DNA of 64,000 bases from Eledone cirrhosa (taxonomy: Eukaryota): NCBI GenBank assembly GCA_964016885.1, contig OZ024742.1:12896001-12960000 (forward strand), in the 5' to 3' direction. This document shows positions 26,901-39,950 of the stretch, piece by piece (within the stretch, counting starts at the first letter, position 1; every line of letters starts with the position of its first letter). A program made the position numbers and the translations under genes. The notes under the pieces are model-generated. The model searched no databases, had not been told where the DNA came from, and saw only the letters and a program-made list of their open reading frames with translations.

Positions 26901-29900
26901 GTATGTGTGTGTGTGTGAATGGAAGTGTGGTTAGTGGGATGTATGTGTGTGTGTGAATGGAAGTGTGCTTAGTGGGATGTATGTATGTGTGTGTGTGTGA
27001 ATGTAAGTGTGGTTAGTGGGATGTATGTGTGTGTGTGTGTGAATGGAAGTGTGCTTAGTGGGATGTATGTATGTGTGTGTGTGTGAATGTAAGTGTGGTT
27101 AGTGGGATGTATGTGTGTGTGTGTGTGTGAATGTAAGTGTGCTTAGTGGGATGTATGTATGTGTGTGTGTGAATGGAAGTGTGCTTAGTGGGATGTATGT
27201 ATGTGTGTGTGTGTGAATGGAAGTGTGCTTAGTGGGATGTATGTATGTGTGTGTGTGTGAATGTAAGTGTGCTTAGTGGGATGTATGTATGTGTGTGTGT
27301 GTGTGAATGTAAGTGTGCTTAGTGGGATGTATGTATGTGTGTGTGTGAATGGAAGTGTGCTTAGTGGGATGTATGTGTGTGTGTGTGTGTGAATGGAAGT
27401 GTGCTTAGTGGGATGTATGTATGTGTGTGTGTATGTGAATGGAAGTGTGCTTAGTGGGATGTATGTATGTGTGTGTGTGTGAATGGAAGTGTGCTTAGTG
27501 GGATGTATGTATGTGTGTGTGTGTGAATGTAAGTGTGCTTAGTGGGATGTATGTATATGTGTGTGTGTGAATGTAAGTGTGGTTAGTGGGATGTATGTAT
27601 GTGTGTGTGAATGTAAGTGTGCTTAGTGGGATGTATGTATGTGTGTGAATGTAAGTGTGCTTAGTGGGATGTATGTATGTGTGTGTGTGTGAATGTAAGT
27701 GTGCTAATTGGGATGTATGTGTGTGTGTGTGTGTGTGAATGGAAGTGTGCTTAGTGGGATGTATGTATGTGTGTGTGAATGGAAGTGTGCTTAGTGGGAT
27801 GTATGTATGTGTGTGTGTGTGAATGGAAGTGTGCTTAGTGGGATGTATGTATGTATGTGTGTGTGTGAATGGAAGTGTGCTTAGTGAGATGTATGTATGT
27901 GTGTGTGAATGGAAGTGTGCTTAGTGGGATGTATGTATGTATGTGTGTGAATGGAAGTGTGCTTAGTGGGATGTATGTGTGTGTGTGAATGGAAGTGTGC
28001 TTAGTGGGATGTATGTATGTGTGTGTGTGTGAATGTAAGTGTGCTTAGTGGGATGTATGTATGTGTGTGTGTGTGAATGTAAGTGTGCTTAGTGGGATGT
28101 ATGTGTGTGTGTGTGTGTGAATGGAAGTGTGCTTAGTGGGATGTATGTATGTGTGTGTGTGTGAATGTAAGTGTGCTTAGTGGGATGTATGTGTGTGTGT
28201 GAATGGAAGTGTGCTTAGTGGGATGTATGTATGTGTGTGTGTGTGAATGTAAGTGTGCTTAGTGGGATGTATGTGTGTGTTTTTGTGTGAATGTAAGTGT
28301 GCTTAGTGGGATGTATGTGTGTGTGTGTGTGTGTGTGAATGGAAGTGTGCTTAGTGGGATGTATGTGTGTGTGTGTGTTTGAATGGAAGTGTGCTTAGTG
28401 GGATGTATGTATGTGTGTGTGAATGGAAGTGTGCTTAGTGGGATGTATGTATGTGTGTGTGTGAATGTAAGTGTGCTTAGTGGGATGTATGTATGTGTGT
28501 GTGTGTGAATGTAAGTGTGCTTAGTGGGATGTATGTGTGTGTGTGTGTGTGAATGTAAGTGTGCTTAGTGGGATGTATGTATGTGTGTGGGTGTGAATGG
28601 AAGTGTGCTTAGTGGGATGTATGTGTGTGTGTGTGTGAATGGAAGTGTGGTTAGTGGGATGTATGTGTGTGTGTGTGTGTGAATGGAAGTGTGCTTAGTG
28701 GGATGTATGTATGTGTGTGTGTGTGAATGGAAGTGTGGTTAGTGGGATGTATGTGTGTGTGTGTGTGTGAATGGAAGTGTGCTTAGTGGGATGTATGTAT
28801 GTGTGTGTGTGTGAATGGAAGTGTGCTTAGTGGGATGTATGTATGTGTGTGTGAATGTAAGTGTGGTTAGTGGGATGTATGTGTGTGTGTGTGTGTGTGT
28901 TAATGGAAGTGTGCTTAGTGGGATGTATGTATGTGTGTGTGTGTGAATGTAAGTGTGCTTAGTGGGATGTATGTGTGTGTGTGTGAATGGAAGTGTGCTT
29001 AGTGGGATGTATGCATGTGTGTGTGTGTGAATGGAAGTGTGCTTAGTGGGATGTATGTATGTGTGTGTGTGAATGGAAGTGTGCTTAGTGGGATGTATGT
29101 ATGTGTGTGTGTGTGAATGGAAGTGTGCTTAGTGGGATGTATGTATGTGTGTGTGTGTGAATGGAAGTGTGCTTAGTGGGATGTATGTGTGTGTGTGAAT
29201 GGAAGTGTGCTTAGTGGGATGTATGTATGTGTGTGTGTGTGTGAATGTAAGTGTGGTTAGTAGGATGTATGTGTGTGTGTGTGTGTGTGAATGGAAGTGT
29301 GCTTAGTGGGATGTATGTATGTGTGTGTGTGAATGGAAGTGTGCTTAGTGGGATGTATGTGTGTGTGTGTGTGTGAATGGAAGTGTGCTTAGTGGGATGT
29401 ATGTATGTGTGTGTGTGTGTGAATGGAAGTGTGCTTAGTGGGATGTATGTATGTGTGTGTGTGTGTGAATGGAAGTGTGCTTAGTGGGATGTATATGTGT
29501 GTGTGTGTGTGAATGGAAGTGTGCTTAGTGGGATGTATGTATGTGTGTGTGTGAATGGAAGTGTGCTTAGTGGGATGTATGTATGTGTGTGTGTGTGCGA
29601 ATGGAAGTGTGCTTAGTGGGATGTATGTATGTGTGTGTGTGTGAATGGAAGTGTGCTTAGTGGGATGTATGTATGTGTGTGTGTGTGAATGGAAGTGTGC
29701 TTAGTGGGATGTATGTGTGTGTGTGAATGGAAGTGTGCTTAGTGGGATGTATGTATGTGTGTGTGTGTGAATGTAAGTGTGGTTAGTGGGATGTATGTAT
29801 GTGTGTGTGTGTGAATGGAAGTGTGCTTAGTGGGATGTATGTGTGTGTGTGAATGGAAGTGTGCTTAGTGGGATGTATGTATGTGTGTGTGTGTGAATGT

Positions 29901-29995
29901 AAGTGTGCTTAGTGGGATGTATGTGTGTGTGTGAATGGAAGTGTGCTTAGTGGGATGTATGTGTGTGTGTGAATGGAAGTGTGTTTAGTGGGATG
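20978..29995. repeat. ~9-kb compound satellite: constant GAATG(G/T)AAGTGTGCTTAGTGGGAT plus variable (GTAT)n(GT)n, ~36-50-bp units
   Basis: Direct periodicity, roughly 200 units. Confidence 0.97.
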
Positions 29996-30023
29996 AACCA
30001 CTGGGATGTTGGAATACAGGCTT

Positions 30024-30644
30024 TTAAATTAGCCATTCTGGTGCTCTTCTTTCCAATCGATTATTGATCCTAGTTTTTAATTGCTTGATCAAGAGGGTTT
30101 CCTTAATTCTCCGCGTGCCTAGACTGCGTTTGGTAGCTAAGATTGTGGTGTAACGCTGTTGTCCCGGTTTCCGCATTTGATGATGTGTTTGCGGAAGGAA
30201 GAGGAGTTGGTGTTAACATGCTCTTTGATACGGAGATGTAATGGTCGAATAGTGTTGCCTATGTAAAGTAGATTGTACTTGTTACATTCTAGCCTGTATA
30301 CTACGTAGGTACGTAGGCAATGATTAGTGTTGCAGATAGGGCAATTGGCTAGGGTGCATCTGTTATTGGGGCTTAGCCTTGTGGAGAGGCAACTTCACAG
30401 GGAAGGTCCAGAGTGAGCTTGTTTGATATTGAGGCCCTCTCTTCTGATGGCTTTATGTATGGCGTTGGTGGTTTCCTCCCTAAGATGTAGGATCTTGAAG
30501 AAGCAACTGTTGTTTGTGTTGGTCCGGTCTCTGGGTTTGGGATTTCGTCGTGGGATGGAGAAGGAAACTGGTAGCTGTTAATCTCTAGCACACTGTAGAA
30601 TCGTCTGATATGGGTGGCTCTATTAGCAGCATCGCTGCATCGGT

Positions 30645-30648
<4 letters not shown>
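30024..30648 (-). pseudogene. Penelope-like element, 5'-truncated: RT thumb/linker and GIY-YIG endonuclease, frameshifted
   Basis: Manual translation CTLANCPICNTNHCLRTYVVYRLECNKYNLLYIGNTIRPLHLRIKEH...IKETLLIKQLKTRINNR. Confidence 0.85.
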
Positions 30649-30688
<40 letters not shown>

Positions 30689-31049
30689 CAATATCGGAGA
30701 AAGCTTTTTAGCGATACTCCGGCCAAATTCCAACTCACTCAACAAACATTAAATAAGAGATTATATTCCCAATTATGCGTTCGGGGTGCTAACTAAAAGT
30801 ATTGCGTGGAAAATTGGCTGTATTATTTCATATGAGACATATCTAATATATCTCTTCCCAGACGGACGTCTCGTTTCATTATAGGATTCCTACAATTTGG
30901 GTGAAATTATACCAATTTATGTAGGAGCTTATATACCATCAATAGATATATATTCAAGTGGGCTCTTATAATTCATCAGTGGGTGCCCCAATAATACTAA
31001 TATTGATAATCTAACCAACATCAGTATTTATATATATATATATATATAT

Positions 31050-31281
31050 AATTAGAAAGTGAACAACACAAAATATAACTACTCCATTACCAAAGGTTTC
31101 TGACAGAGATGTTGACAGCTCTGTCTGACGACCGATCCAGACGTATATTATTATTGTCTGGGAACCAGAAACCTTTGGTAATGGAGTAGTTATATTTTGT
31201 GTTGTTCACTTTCTAATTAAATAGCTCTGTTCTATACATAGAGCACTCTTTTTTCCTTTTCTTCTCCTTCGGAATTACCTA

Positions 31282-31283
<2 letters not shown>
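31050..31283 (+). mobile_element. HHR cassette with 53-bp inverted repeat (31050-31102/31166-31218); degenerate HHR at 31121-31184
   Basis: CTGT-CTGACGA-...CCAGAC/GTCTGG...-GAA-ACC ttt GGT-A-ATGG; tail AGCTCTGTT...ATAGAGCACTCTTTTTTCC shared with 4022-4055. Confidence 0.75.
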
Positions 31284-31356
<73 letters not shown>

Positions 31357-31424
31357 GAAATTCTATGTAGAAATGACTATCCGGGAGCTTCCAACAGTAA
31401 TGGTCGCATTATTTAAGGGTATGT

Positions 31425-31560
31425 CAATATTTATTCATAAAACTGCTCTATATTATATTTTATCTGAAGAAAGCACACTATAATTTAACTTGGTGTCCTT
31501 GAAATATGTATAATGAAATAAATATGGTTTTACAAATATAGTTTCCATTTGTTAATATCG
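31425..31560 (+). mobile_element. Solo pLTR fragment related to 63340-63465, with HHR-like motif at 31460-31513
   Basis: TTAT-CTGAAGA...GAAATATGTATAATGAAATAAATATGGTTTTA matches 63403-63434. Confidence 0.7.
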
Positions 31561-31572
31561 TATATATATATC

Positions 31573-31607
<35 letters not shown>

Positions 31608-31620
31608 TATGAATCTATAT

Positions 31621-31666
31621 ACCCAACCGCCGTTTCGGCTTCTATGTAGCAAGCCTTACCAAGGGT
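31621..31666 (-). ncRNA. Hammerhead-like motif with U3:A8 core and A6G change
   Basis: Minus strand ACCC-TTGGTAA-GGCTT gctacatag AAGCC-GAA-AC ggcg GT-T-GGGT. Confidence 0.6.
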
Positions 31667-31990
31667 TATACTCTTGAAAAGATGAAATGATTAGTCAATA
31701 AGCTGAAACCTTTGGAGGTTACGGTCGAATATTTCCTTCCAAAATATACCAACATTTTATCGACACTTTGATTAGTGATCTTTCTGGTCTTAGTACCATA
31801 GTCACTCCATTTATTATTGTTGTGGTATAAGCATAGTCTCTTATTCGGTCGTTTTTCTTGGTTTCACACTCTTTAACTGTTGAGTTTTACTCTGGACGAT
31901 AATGTTTAGCTTATTGGTCCATTGAGTGCTTTGTATTTACCTCAAACAACTCGATTAGTACCTGCTAGTTACAACTTCGATTCATACCCA

Positions 31991-32134
<144 letters not shown>

Positions 32135-32630
32135 TTTTGAGTATATGTTGGTTGTATACCAACACCTCAGTATGCAGGCTGGAGCACTCGACGAAGTGCG
32201 CAGGTTGGTTTGGTTACTCCGGAGTAATGTAAAATAAAGTAAAATAAATAAGTCAAATGTTTAAAATATAATTTCGTTTATTACTGCTATATATATTTCG
32301 GTGACAGCCATCTTTGTCTGTGACCTCTTCAGGCAGTCCGAATTAATGTGGTAGAGACAAGTACATATGTTGTTGAGGTGTATAATTTTGTGAATACTCT
32401 GATATGCCCAGTTCCTGGTTGGGTTGTTATTTCACTGAGGAACTGAAATCATATGAATTCAAACAAACGAATTTCAGTGTCAAAGGGCCTCTTCTCCTCT
32501 CATTGGTCAGTTGTTAAAACATTCCTCATTCAAAAGTCTATAGAAGTTCGTTCTGAGGCAAGCCAATCTGTAGTTGTTGTTCTTGTTATTGTTAGGTACA
32601 TCTGACCTCAATTCTTGTGTTGGTAGTGTT
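32135..32630 (-). mobile_element. Non-coding HHR element (solo pLTR/retrozyme-like), family R copy 1
   Basis: 32250-32572 is the reverse complement of 53826-54150 with scattered substitutions; flanked by (GA)n and (TA)n. Confidence 0.8.
32283..32337 (-). ncRNA. Hammerhead ribozyme, canonical core
   Basis: Minus strand ACTGC-CTGAAGA-GGTcACAG...CTGTcACC-GAA-A tatata T-A-GCAGT. Confidence 0.85.
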
Positions 32631-32631
32631 G

Positions 32632-32668
<37 letters not shown>

Positions 32669-32669
32669 T

Positions 32670-32850
32670 TTTTCCCGGGTTTAATCGGGGTTAACCACAG
32701 TAAGTAAGGTACTCAATACAAAGCAGAGTATAAATATTTAATATAGAAAGGCTTCTACAGGACTAGAACTGTTTCATTCGGGAGAAATCCTCAGGAAGCT
32801 CTGATGATTTCTCCGGAATGAAACAGTTCTAGTCCTGTTATATTAAATAT
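32670..32850 (-). mobile_element. Family C cassette with HHR at 32751-32799 and a mirrored second core on the plus strand
   Basis: Minus strand GCTTC-CTGAGGA-tTTC tccc GAAt-GAA-ACAG ttctagtc CTGT-A-GAAGC; plus strand CTGATGA...GAAACAG at 32801-32838. Confidence 0.8.
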
Positions 32851-32961
32851 ATATATATCGAAACAATTGTAATTTGTCAATAAAGTTTTACGTATACTGC
32901 AACTTTACACACACACACACACCACACACATTTCTTCTTAGCTTCGTACGAACCTATAACA

Positions 32962-32996
<35 letters not shown>

Positions 32997-33014
32997 TACC
33001 CCCCCCCCCACACA

Positions 33015-33067
<53 letters not shown>

Positions 33068-33293
33068 CACATGCTTACGCACGTATAGCTCTTTTTACAA
33101 AACGTTTTTTTTTCCATTTCAGGTAGACACGCTCCATCATCCACTTTTCTAAAAAGTAAATCATACACAAAACTCCAGCGCCAACAGTTTTGCAAGAGAT
33201 GTTAACATGAATGGATCTGTTATTTTTATCTAAAGACATTTTTTCCAATTCTATCCCGCCCGTCCCCTCAATCTATTTTATTTCTCATTCTTG

Positions 33294-33327
33294 CTTCTGA
33301 TGAAGGACTAGCGTCCGAAACGTTAAG
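33294..33327 (+). ncRNA. Minimal hammerhead ribozyme, same family as 11105-11140
   Basis: CTT-CTGATGA-a-GGAC tagc GTCC-GAA-A CG T-T-AAG. Confidence 0.75.
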
Positions 33328-33414
33328 ACTCTCTTCCTGATATATCAAGCGTCCTAATATATGCCTTCCATATACTGTACCGATTGTGTTGTTATTTCTG
33401 TTTACCTTTTACAT

Positions 33415-33465
<51 letters not shown>

Positions 33466-34369
33466 TGTATATATATAAACTGAATCAGAGTGAACAGATG
33501 TTCGTTGAATTATTGAGTGTGCTTTTCAACACGTGATCATGAAATGTTACATTGAGGTGAATGTTTGACATTTCTTAACAAATACGTAACGTTTAATTGT
33601 ACTTTTTAATTTCATTTATTCATTTATTTATTTTAAAGTATAGCTTCGTTATTATCACTAATTGAATGGCTTTTACATCAGTGATTAATCATTCATTAAT
33701 TATCTAAACAGTATTTACAAGTTAATTTAGACTTGTTAACCTAACTAAGCACAGATAGAATCTCTTCTTGGCTAGATCCTTTTCTTTCTTTCTTTTCTTG
33801 TATCCTGTTGCTACTTTGTATTATTAATGTTTACAACGCAACCAGATTCTATCAAACAGTCACCAAATTCACATGATACAACTCTCTTACGTGAAGCTCT
33901 TTCTATACTGATAAACTTACAACGAAAACACCGTTAACACCATAATATACATAGTTGAAACCATCTTACTACACAATTCAACGTACATATTACGTTTTGA
34001 AGAATGTGATCAAAAGATATCATGGGTCTTCGAATCATTCGCAATCTCAGAATGTATTTATTTATTTATTTATTTATTTATTTATATAAGGGTCAACGGA
34101 ATATTTTGCAGCAAGCCAACGCGTTCGCAACATTACTGTGGGTAATAGAGAGTCTTAGGCGCTGAAATAACCATAATTCTCACAAGAGCATTAATAAGTT
34201 AAAGTTGCATTTCTGTTTTATTCTTATAATTTTCACTGTTAATACAAACGAGAATTGTCAACAGTATATATTGTATAATAATATGTCATGCACACAGCAA
34301 TATGCAGCTTTCACTTGTCTTTCACAATATGGACATGGAACTATGTATAAGAACATAACTTTCCCTATA

Positions 34370-34685
34370 CGAGGGTCGACTGGAAAGTTCATAGGCTGAC
34401 CAAGATACTCTCATGGAATGACCAATTGATGTTTAGTTTTCAACATAATCCTTGGAAAGAAACAATGCTGTTATTAATAAGAATAGTTAAAATTAATGCA
34501 TCCAAGATTTCACAGCTCTAGCATGAATCCTTTATAGACTGACCAAGATACTCTCATGGAATGACCAAATGAGGTTTATTTTTCAGTATAGTCCGTGGAA
34601 AGAAACAATACGGTTATTAAAACGAAGAGTTGAAATAAATGCATGCAAGATTTCACAGCCCTAGCATCACTCCTTCATAGTCAAT
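34370..34685. mobile_element. Mariner-type MITE, opposite orientation, internal ~150-bp tandem duplication, one TIR lost
   Basis: TA|CGAGGGTCGACTGGAAAGTTCATAGG; CTGACCAAGATACTCTCATGGAATGACCAA occurs twice. Confidence 0.8.
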
Positions 34686-34832
34686 TTCTGATATTTTCTT
34701 GTATTTTATGATTAAAGCTGTTTATGCTAAATGTCGGATTTTCTGGCTTTAAAAGCTACTGTAGGGTTCACAACTACCAACAGAAGATATATTGTCAGTG
34801 ATGGTCTTATTCGTCTAATGAGTTGATAGGTC

Positions 34833-34881
<49 letters not shown>

Positions 34882-35002
34882 ATATATCAAGAGCGGGTCA
34901 AAAATGAAAAAAATGCATGCATAATGTGATATATATATATTATATATATAACATATATATAATGTTTAATGTATATATATACTGTATACATATATGTATG
35001 TG

Positions 35003-35051
<49 letters not shown>

Positions 35052-35126
35052 TAAACATTTAATGTATATTTTATATCCTAATATCAAATGTTTATACGTC
35101 CAACTAAATTTTGCATTTATATTAGA

Positions 35127-35236
<110 letters not shown>

Positions 35237-35649
35237 GTATTCTGGCGCACGACAAACGCCTATGTATGTGTATGTTTGTAGTTTAGGCGTATGAGTATTT
35301 GTCTCGTCTGTATGTATGTATAAATATGTATACATATACTTACATAACCTCGAACTTTCATCTCGATAACTAATGCAGCTTGTATTTTCCATTTAACATT
35401 TCAATTTAGCGTCGTTTCTACATCAGCCACTCGTCCTTCTCTCTATGAATTTAAATAACTAATTATCTTCGAAAATCTTTCATTTTTATATGCTGTTATC
35501 CTCTTATTTTCTCTCTCATATATATATTTCGTCGACGTCGCTTCTCTGTTGTATAACTAATACCTTAAATGTAGTTATATCGTCTAAAGTGTCTTCTCAT
35601 ACACTGGATTCATGATTCCACCAGACTTTAATTAATATCTTAAATATCA

Positions 35650-36233
35650 CATACATATGTACTTACAAACATATCAATATATACATACATATGTACTTAC
35701 AAACATATATATACATACATATATACTTACAAACATATATATACATACATATATACTTACAAACATATATATACATACATATATACTTACAAACATATAT
35801 ATACATACATATATACTTACAAACATATAAATATATATTAATACATACATATATACTTACAAACATATATATACACATATACTTACAAACATATATATAC
35901 ATACATATATACTTACAAACATATATATACATATATACTTACATATAAATATATACAATCATGCGCATGGCTGAGTGGTTAGGGAATTGGATTCACAATC
36001 CTGAGGTTGTGAGTTCGATTTCTGGACCGGGTGATGCGTTATGTCCTTGAGCAAGACACTTTACTTCACGTTGCTCCTTCTACCTGGAGTTGCGACCGAT
36101 AGATAGTATTAGCAACTGGAAAGACCAACGAAAACATATATATACATACATATATACTTACAAACATATATATACATACATATATACTTACAAATATTTA
36201 TATACATACATATATACTTACAAACATATATAT

Positions 36234-36240
<7 letters not shown>
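35650..36240. repeat. 30-bp minisatellite (TATACTTACAAACATATATATACATACATA)n interrupted at ~35945-36135
   Basis: Direct periodicity on both sides of the interruption. Confidence 0.9.
35962..36090 (+). mobile_element. SINE family B (tRNA head plus CORE-like domain)
   Basis: A-box TGGCTGAGTGG, B-box GAGTTCGATTTC, TGTCCTTGAGCAAGACACTTTACTTCAC. Confidence 0.75.
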
Positions 36241-36293
<53 letters not shown>

Positions 36294-36422
36294 GTGCATA
36301 CATACATGCATAGCTGTTTGTAGTTCGTGATCGTTCGCTTGGAATACATGTGTGTGTGTGTGTTTGTATGTGTGTGTATTTGTGTCTATGTATAAATACA
36401 TATATATACCTATGTATCTATG

Positions 36423-36475
<53 letters not shown>

Positions 36476-36494
36476 ATATATATATATATGGCTG

Positions 36495-36534
<40 letters not shown>

Positions 36535-36629
36535 GTATATATATACCTGTGTGTATGTATATATATATATATGTATCTATGTATATATATATATGTGTGT
36601 GTGTGTGTGTGAATATATATATATGGGTG

Positions 36630-36691
<62 letters not shown>

Positions 36692-37039
36692 GTATATATA
36701 TACCTGTGTGTATGTATATATATATATATATGTATCTATGTATATATATATATGTGTGTGTGTGAATATATATATATGGGTGGTGCATATATATATATAT
36801 ATGGAATTTTATTTCTCGCATGAATAAATAATTATATTGTAATTACTAACCTTTTCCACGTAATAACCTCAAAGCGATAGCATAGAAAAGTAATTTTTGT
36901 TCGAGATGATTGCTAGTTAGTCAACCATCTTAGTTCTAGATAATTCATAACATTTTACTGGTACTCTTTGAATTAGAATCAATACATTTGATTGTGAACG
37001 GTCGATTGGAATTATTGAGCAAATTGTAACAACATTATG

Positions 37040-37230
37040 TCGGTGGATTAGCAGTATCGGTAGAGGGTTGGACGCCATGCTTTGCAACAAAGAGTTACGG
37101 CCTTTTATGGTCTGAGTTCAAATCCCGCCGAGGTTAACTTTGCCTTTTATCCTTACGGGGCGATAAAATAAAGTACCAGTAATACACTGGGATAATTGCT
37201 GGTCTTGTGCCAAAAGTAGAAACAATTATT
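37040..37230 (+). mobile_element. SINE family A, near complete
   Basis: GCAGTATCGGTAGAG...GAGTTCAAATCCCGCCGAGG...TTGTGCCAAAAGTAGAAACAATT. Confidence 0.85.
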
Positions 37231-37242
37231 TTATAACATGCC

Positions 37243-37670
37243 GAGGTGTGTGGCCTAGTGGTAAGGGTGTTGGACTTACGATCATAATGTCGTGGGTTTG
37301 ATTCCCTGGTTGTGTGTTGTGGAGGTGTGGTGTGGCCTAGTGGTAAGGGTGTTGGACTTACGATCATAATATTGTGGGTTTGATTCCTGGGTTGTGTGTT
37401 GTGGAGGTGTGGTGTGGCCTTGTGGTAAGGGTGTTCGACTTAGGATCATAATATCGTGGGTTTGATTCCCGGACTGGTTTATTTGTTGTGGAGGTGTGGT
37501 GTGACCTAGTGGTAATGGTGTTCGACTTACGATCATAATATCGTGGGTTTCATTCCCGGACTGGTTTGTGTGTTGTGGAGGTGTGGTGGGGCCTAGTGGT
37601 AAAGGTGTTGGACTTACGATCATAATATCGTGGGTTTGATTCCTGGGCTTGGTTGTGTGCTGTGTTCTTT
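37243..37670 (+). repeat. Tandem array of five tRNA-like SINE-B heads (~82-87-bp units)
   Basis: Each unit has TGGCCTAGTGG-type A-box and GGTTTGATTCC-type B-box. Confidence 0.85.
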
Positions 37671-38159
37671 GTAGGCAGTAACTGATCAGAGATAACGTAT
37701 TATCTTGCCTAAAAAAGGAAAGCTTAGTATTTAGAATACAGTTTTTAGTGCAATGTATAATGTTGACATCTACTGCACTGCCTCTATAGTTTAGAATATT
37801 ATGTTAATCACCCCCTGTTGGTCTTTGATTTTCTTCATCATTCAAATACATCCCGTATATATACCAATTCTCAAATTGTCGCAGTAGACAGTATGGCGGC
37901 TTATTGGTCTATTTTATTGTGGGATGCATTTTATTACCAGCCTTCGTCTATGTTTATGGTTAACACACAGATATCTGTTTGCATCAGACATCATAACTAT
38001 ATTCAGCTATAATAAACAGTTTTAGGTTAAGCTGGATTACAAGCAATACTAGCAGTAGACATTATAACTAGCTTAATAGTCTAGTATCAGATGTACGTGG
38101 CTTCACATTTATTGAACAACTTAATAAGCCTTTAACTTTGTTAGAACTAATGTTAAGAC

Positions 38160-38298
38160 GTGGGTGGTGAGTCAGATACAATGCTTTATGATATTACTTT
38201 TGGTTCTCTGCTGTCTAAGTTCAAATCCCGCTGAGGTCAACTTTGCCTTTCATCCTTTCAAGGTCGATAAATAAAGTACTAGACAAGTACTGGAGTAG
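38160..38298 (+). mobile_element. SINE family A, diverged
   Basis: GTTCAAATCCCGCTGAGGTCAACTTTGCCTTTCATCC. Confidence 0.7.
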
Positions 38299-38378
38299 AT
38301 TCTTTCTCACTTCCATTCTCTCATTCTATCTCTCTCTCTCTCTATATATATATATCTTTCTCACTTCCATTCTCTCTC

Positions 38379-38444
<66 letters not shown>

Positions 38445-38457
38445 CTCGCTATATCTC

Positions 38458-38488
<31 letters not shown>

Positions 38489-38746
38489 CTATCTCTTTCT
38501 CACTTCCATTCTCTCATTCTCTCTCTCCTTCTCTGGAGGAGATCTGCTCTATTCAGACCTGGAGAGAGGATGGGTTCCACTAGGTTTTATAAAATGCCCT
38601 AGAAGCCCCGCATTTCAATGCAGTGCCCCTACGACTCTCTCATGTGTCATGGGTCCATACATAGAATGTTAAGACTTTGTGTAAATGTTGTTAGATTAAT
38701 TACCAATTAGGATAGTCAATGTAGAGGTTATTATATTAACACAATT

Positions 38747-38925
38747 GGCGGTGGATTGTCAGTATCGGTAGAGGGTCGGGTACTATGACGCATACAGTTA
38801 CGCCTGTTGTCATTCTGAGTTCAAATCGTGCCAAGGTAAACTTTGCCTTACGGGGTCGTTAAAATAAAGTACCAGTAATGTACCGGGTAATTGCTGGCTT
38901 TGTGCCAAAAGTAGACACAATTATA
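38747..38925 (+). mobile_element. SINE family A
   Basis: GGCGGTGGATTGTCAGTATCGGTAGAG...GAGTTCAAATC...family tail. Confidence 0.8.
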
Positions 38926-39204
38926 TTAATACAATTATACCAATGCTGTAAAAGAATGAGATATGAATTAACAGACTCGACAATTTTTCGTCCCACATTT
39001 CTCTGCAGAAATGGTTGCAAGTGATTAGGGTTTCTTTTCCAACAAAAATATATAGAAGTAGACAGTAAACCTTCTTTTCCTGAGCTCTCAGCTTTTGGTG
39101 GAATTGTAAGGAAGCCTTTAGGCCCTGTCTTGAGCATTTTAAACAAAGCAGAGCCCCGACTCACTGACTCCAACCAATTTCTTCCAGAGAAAAAGAGGGA
39201 ACGT

Positions 39205-39294
<90 letters not shown>

Positions 39295-39365
39295 TGCGTG
39301 TGTCTGTGTATGTGTGTGTGCCTGTCTGTATGTCTGTCTGTTTATGTATCTCTCTGTCTATCTTA

Positions 39366-39950
39366 CACTGGGGCTATGTGGAACGACTATTGTCGCGGGT
39401 GGGACCAATCCGGTTGACCACCGAGTCCATTGTCATAGTCAAACCGCCACCCACCATCAAAAACGAAGGAGAGGCGGTTTTCCTTTGTGTGATAGCTATG
39501 GCGAAAGAGGTTGTATGGTGGACAAGGTTAAAAGGGCTGAGGTCAGACACCTTTCTCTCAGGCCAACAACTGATTCTTTTTTTCAAATACCACTTTGGAA
39601 GAAGAATCAGGATGGAGAGAGAGGTGCTGTACCCCAGCAAGTTTTATGAAAGGTGGGTGAAAGTGGCGAGAATGGCCCGAGTGAATGGGCCTTGTCTCTA
39701 TATCAGCCTGTAGGTTGAAGAAAAAGAGGAAGAGAGGAAAGGGGTACAAACTCTTCGTACTCCTGGAGATGAAGGTTGCACATTTTTTTTCGGGGGTATG
39801 TGTTACCCATATGAAATGTCTCCCCCTATTGGGGAAAATCGATTAGCTTTTAAATTGCATTTGTGATAATATTTTACACGTTCTTATTGTATGTAAACTT
39901 CCCCCTTTGTATTTGTCCCCTTCTTTTGTGCCCCTGTGGCTAATAAAGAA
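39366..39950 (+). mobile_element. Tx1/L1-clade LINE 3' end (ORF2 C-terminus to 39713 plus 3' UTR)
   Basis: WGYVERLL...AMAKEVVWWTR...FYERW resembles the post-zinc-finger AK..(I/V)W..R region; pyrimidine-rich UTR; AATAAA ~39942. Confidence 0.65.

Noticed and set aside
20978-29995. Constant repeat plus variable spacer resembling CRISPR or telomeric repeats
   Set aside because: Spacers are only (GT)n length variants, and TTAGTGGG is not tandem TTAGGG.
31670-31720. TTGAAAA...GAAACCTTTGG as a further U3:A8 hammerhead
   Set aside because: Stem II pairs poorly and the UH site is missing; too degenerate to call.
37243-37670. Cluster of true tRNA genes
   Set aside because: No acceptor stem and poor anticodon-stem pairing; the last unit runs into SINE body sequence.
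38859-39205. Possible host exon in unique sequence
   Set aside because: No recognisable domain or convincing splice-site pair; the ORF runs into a SINE.
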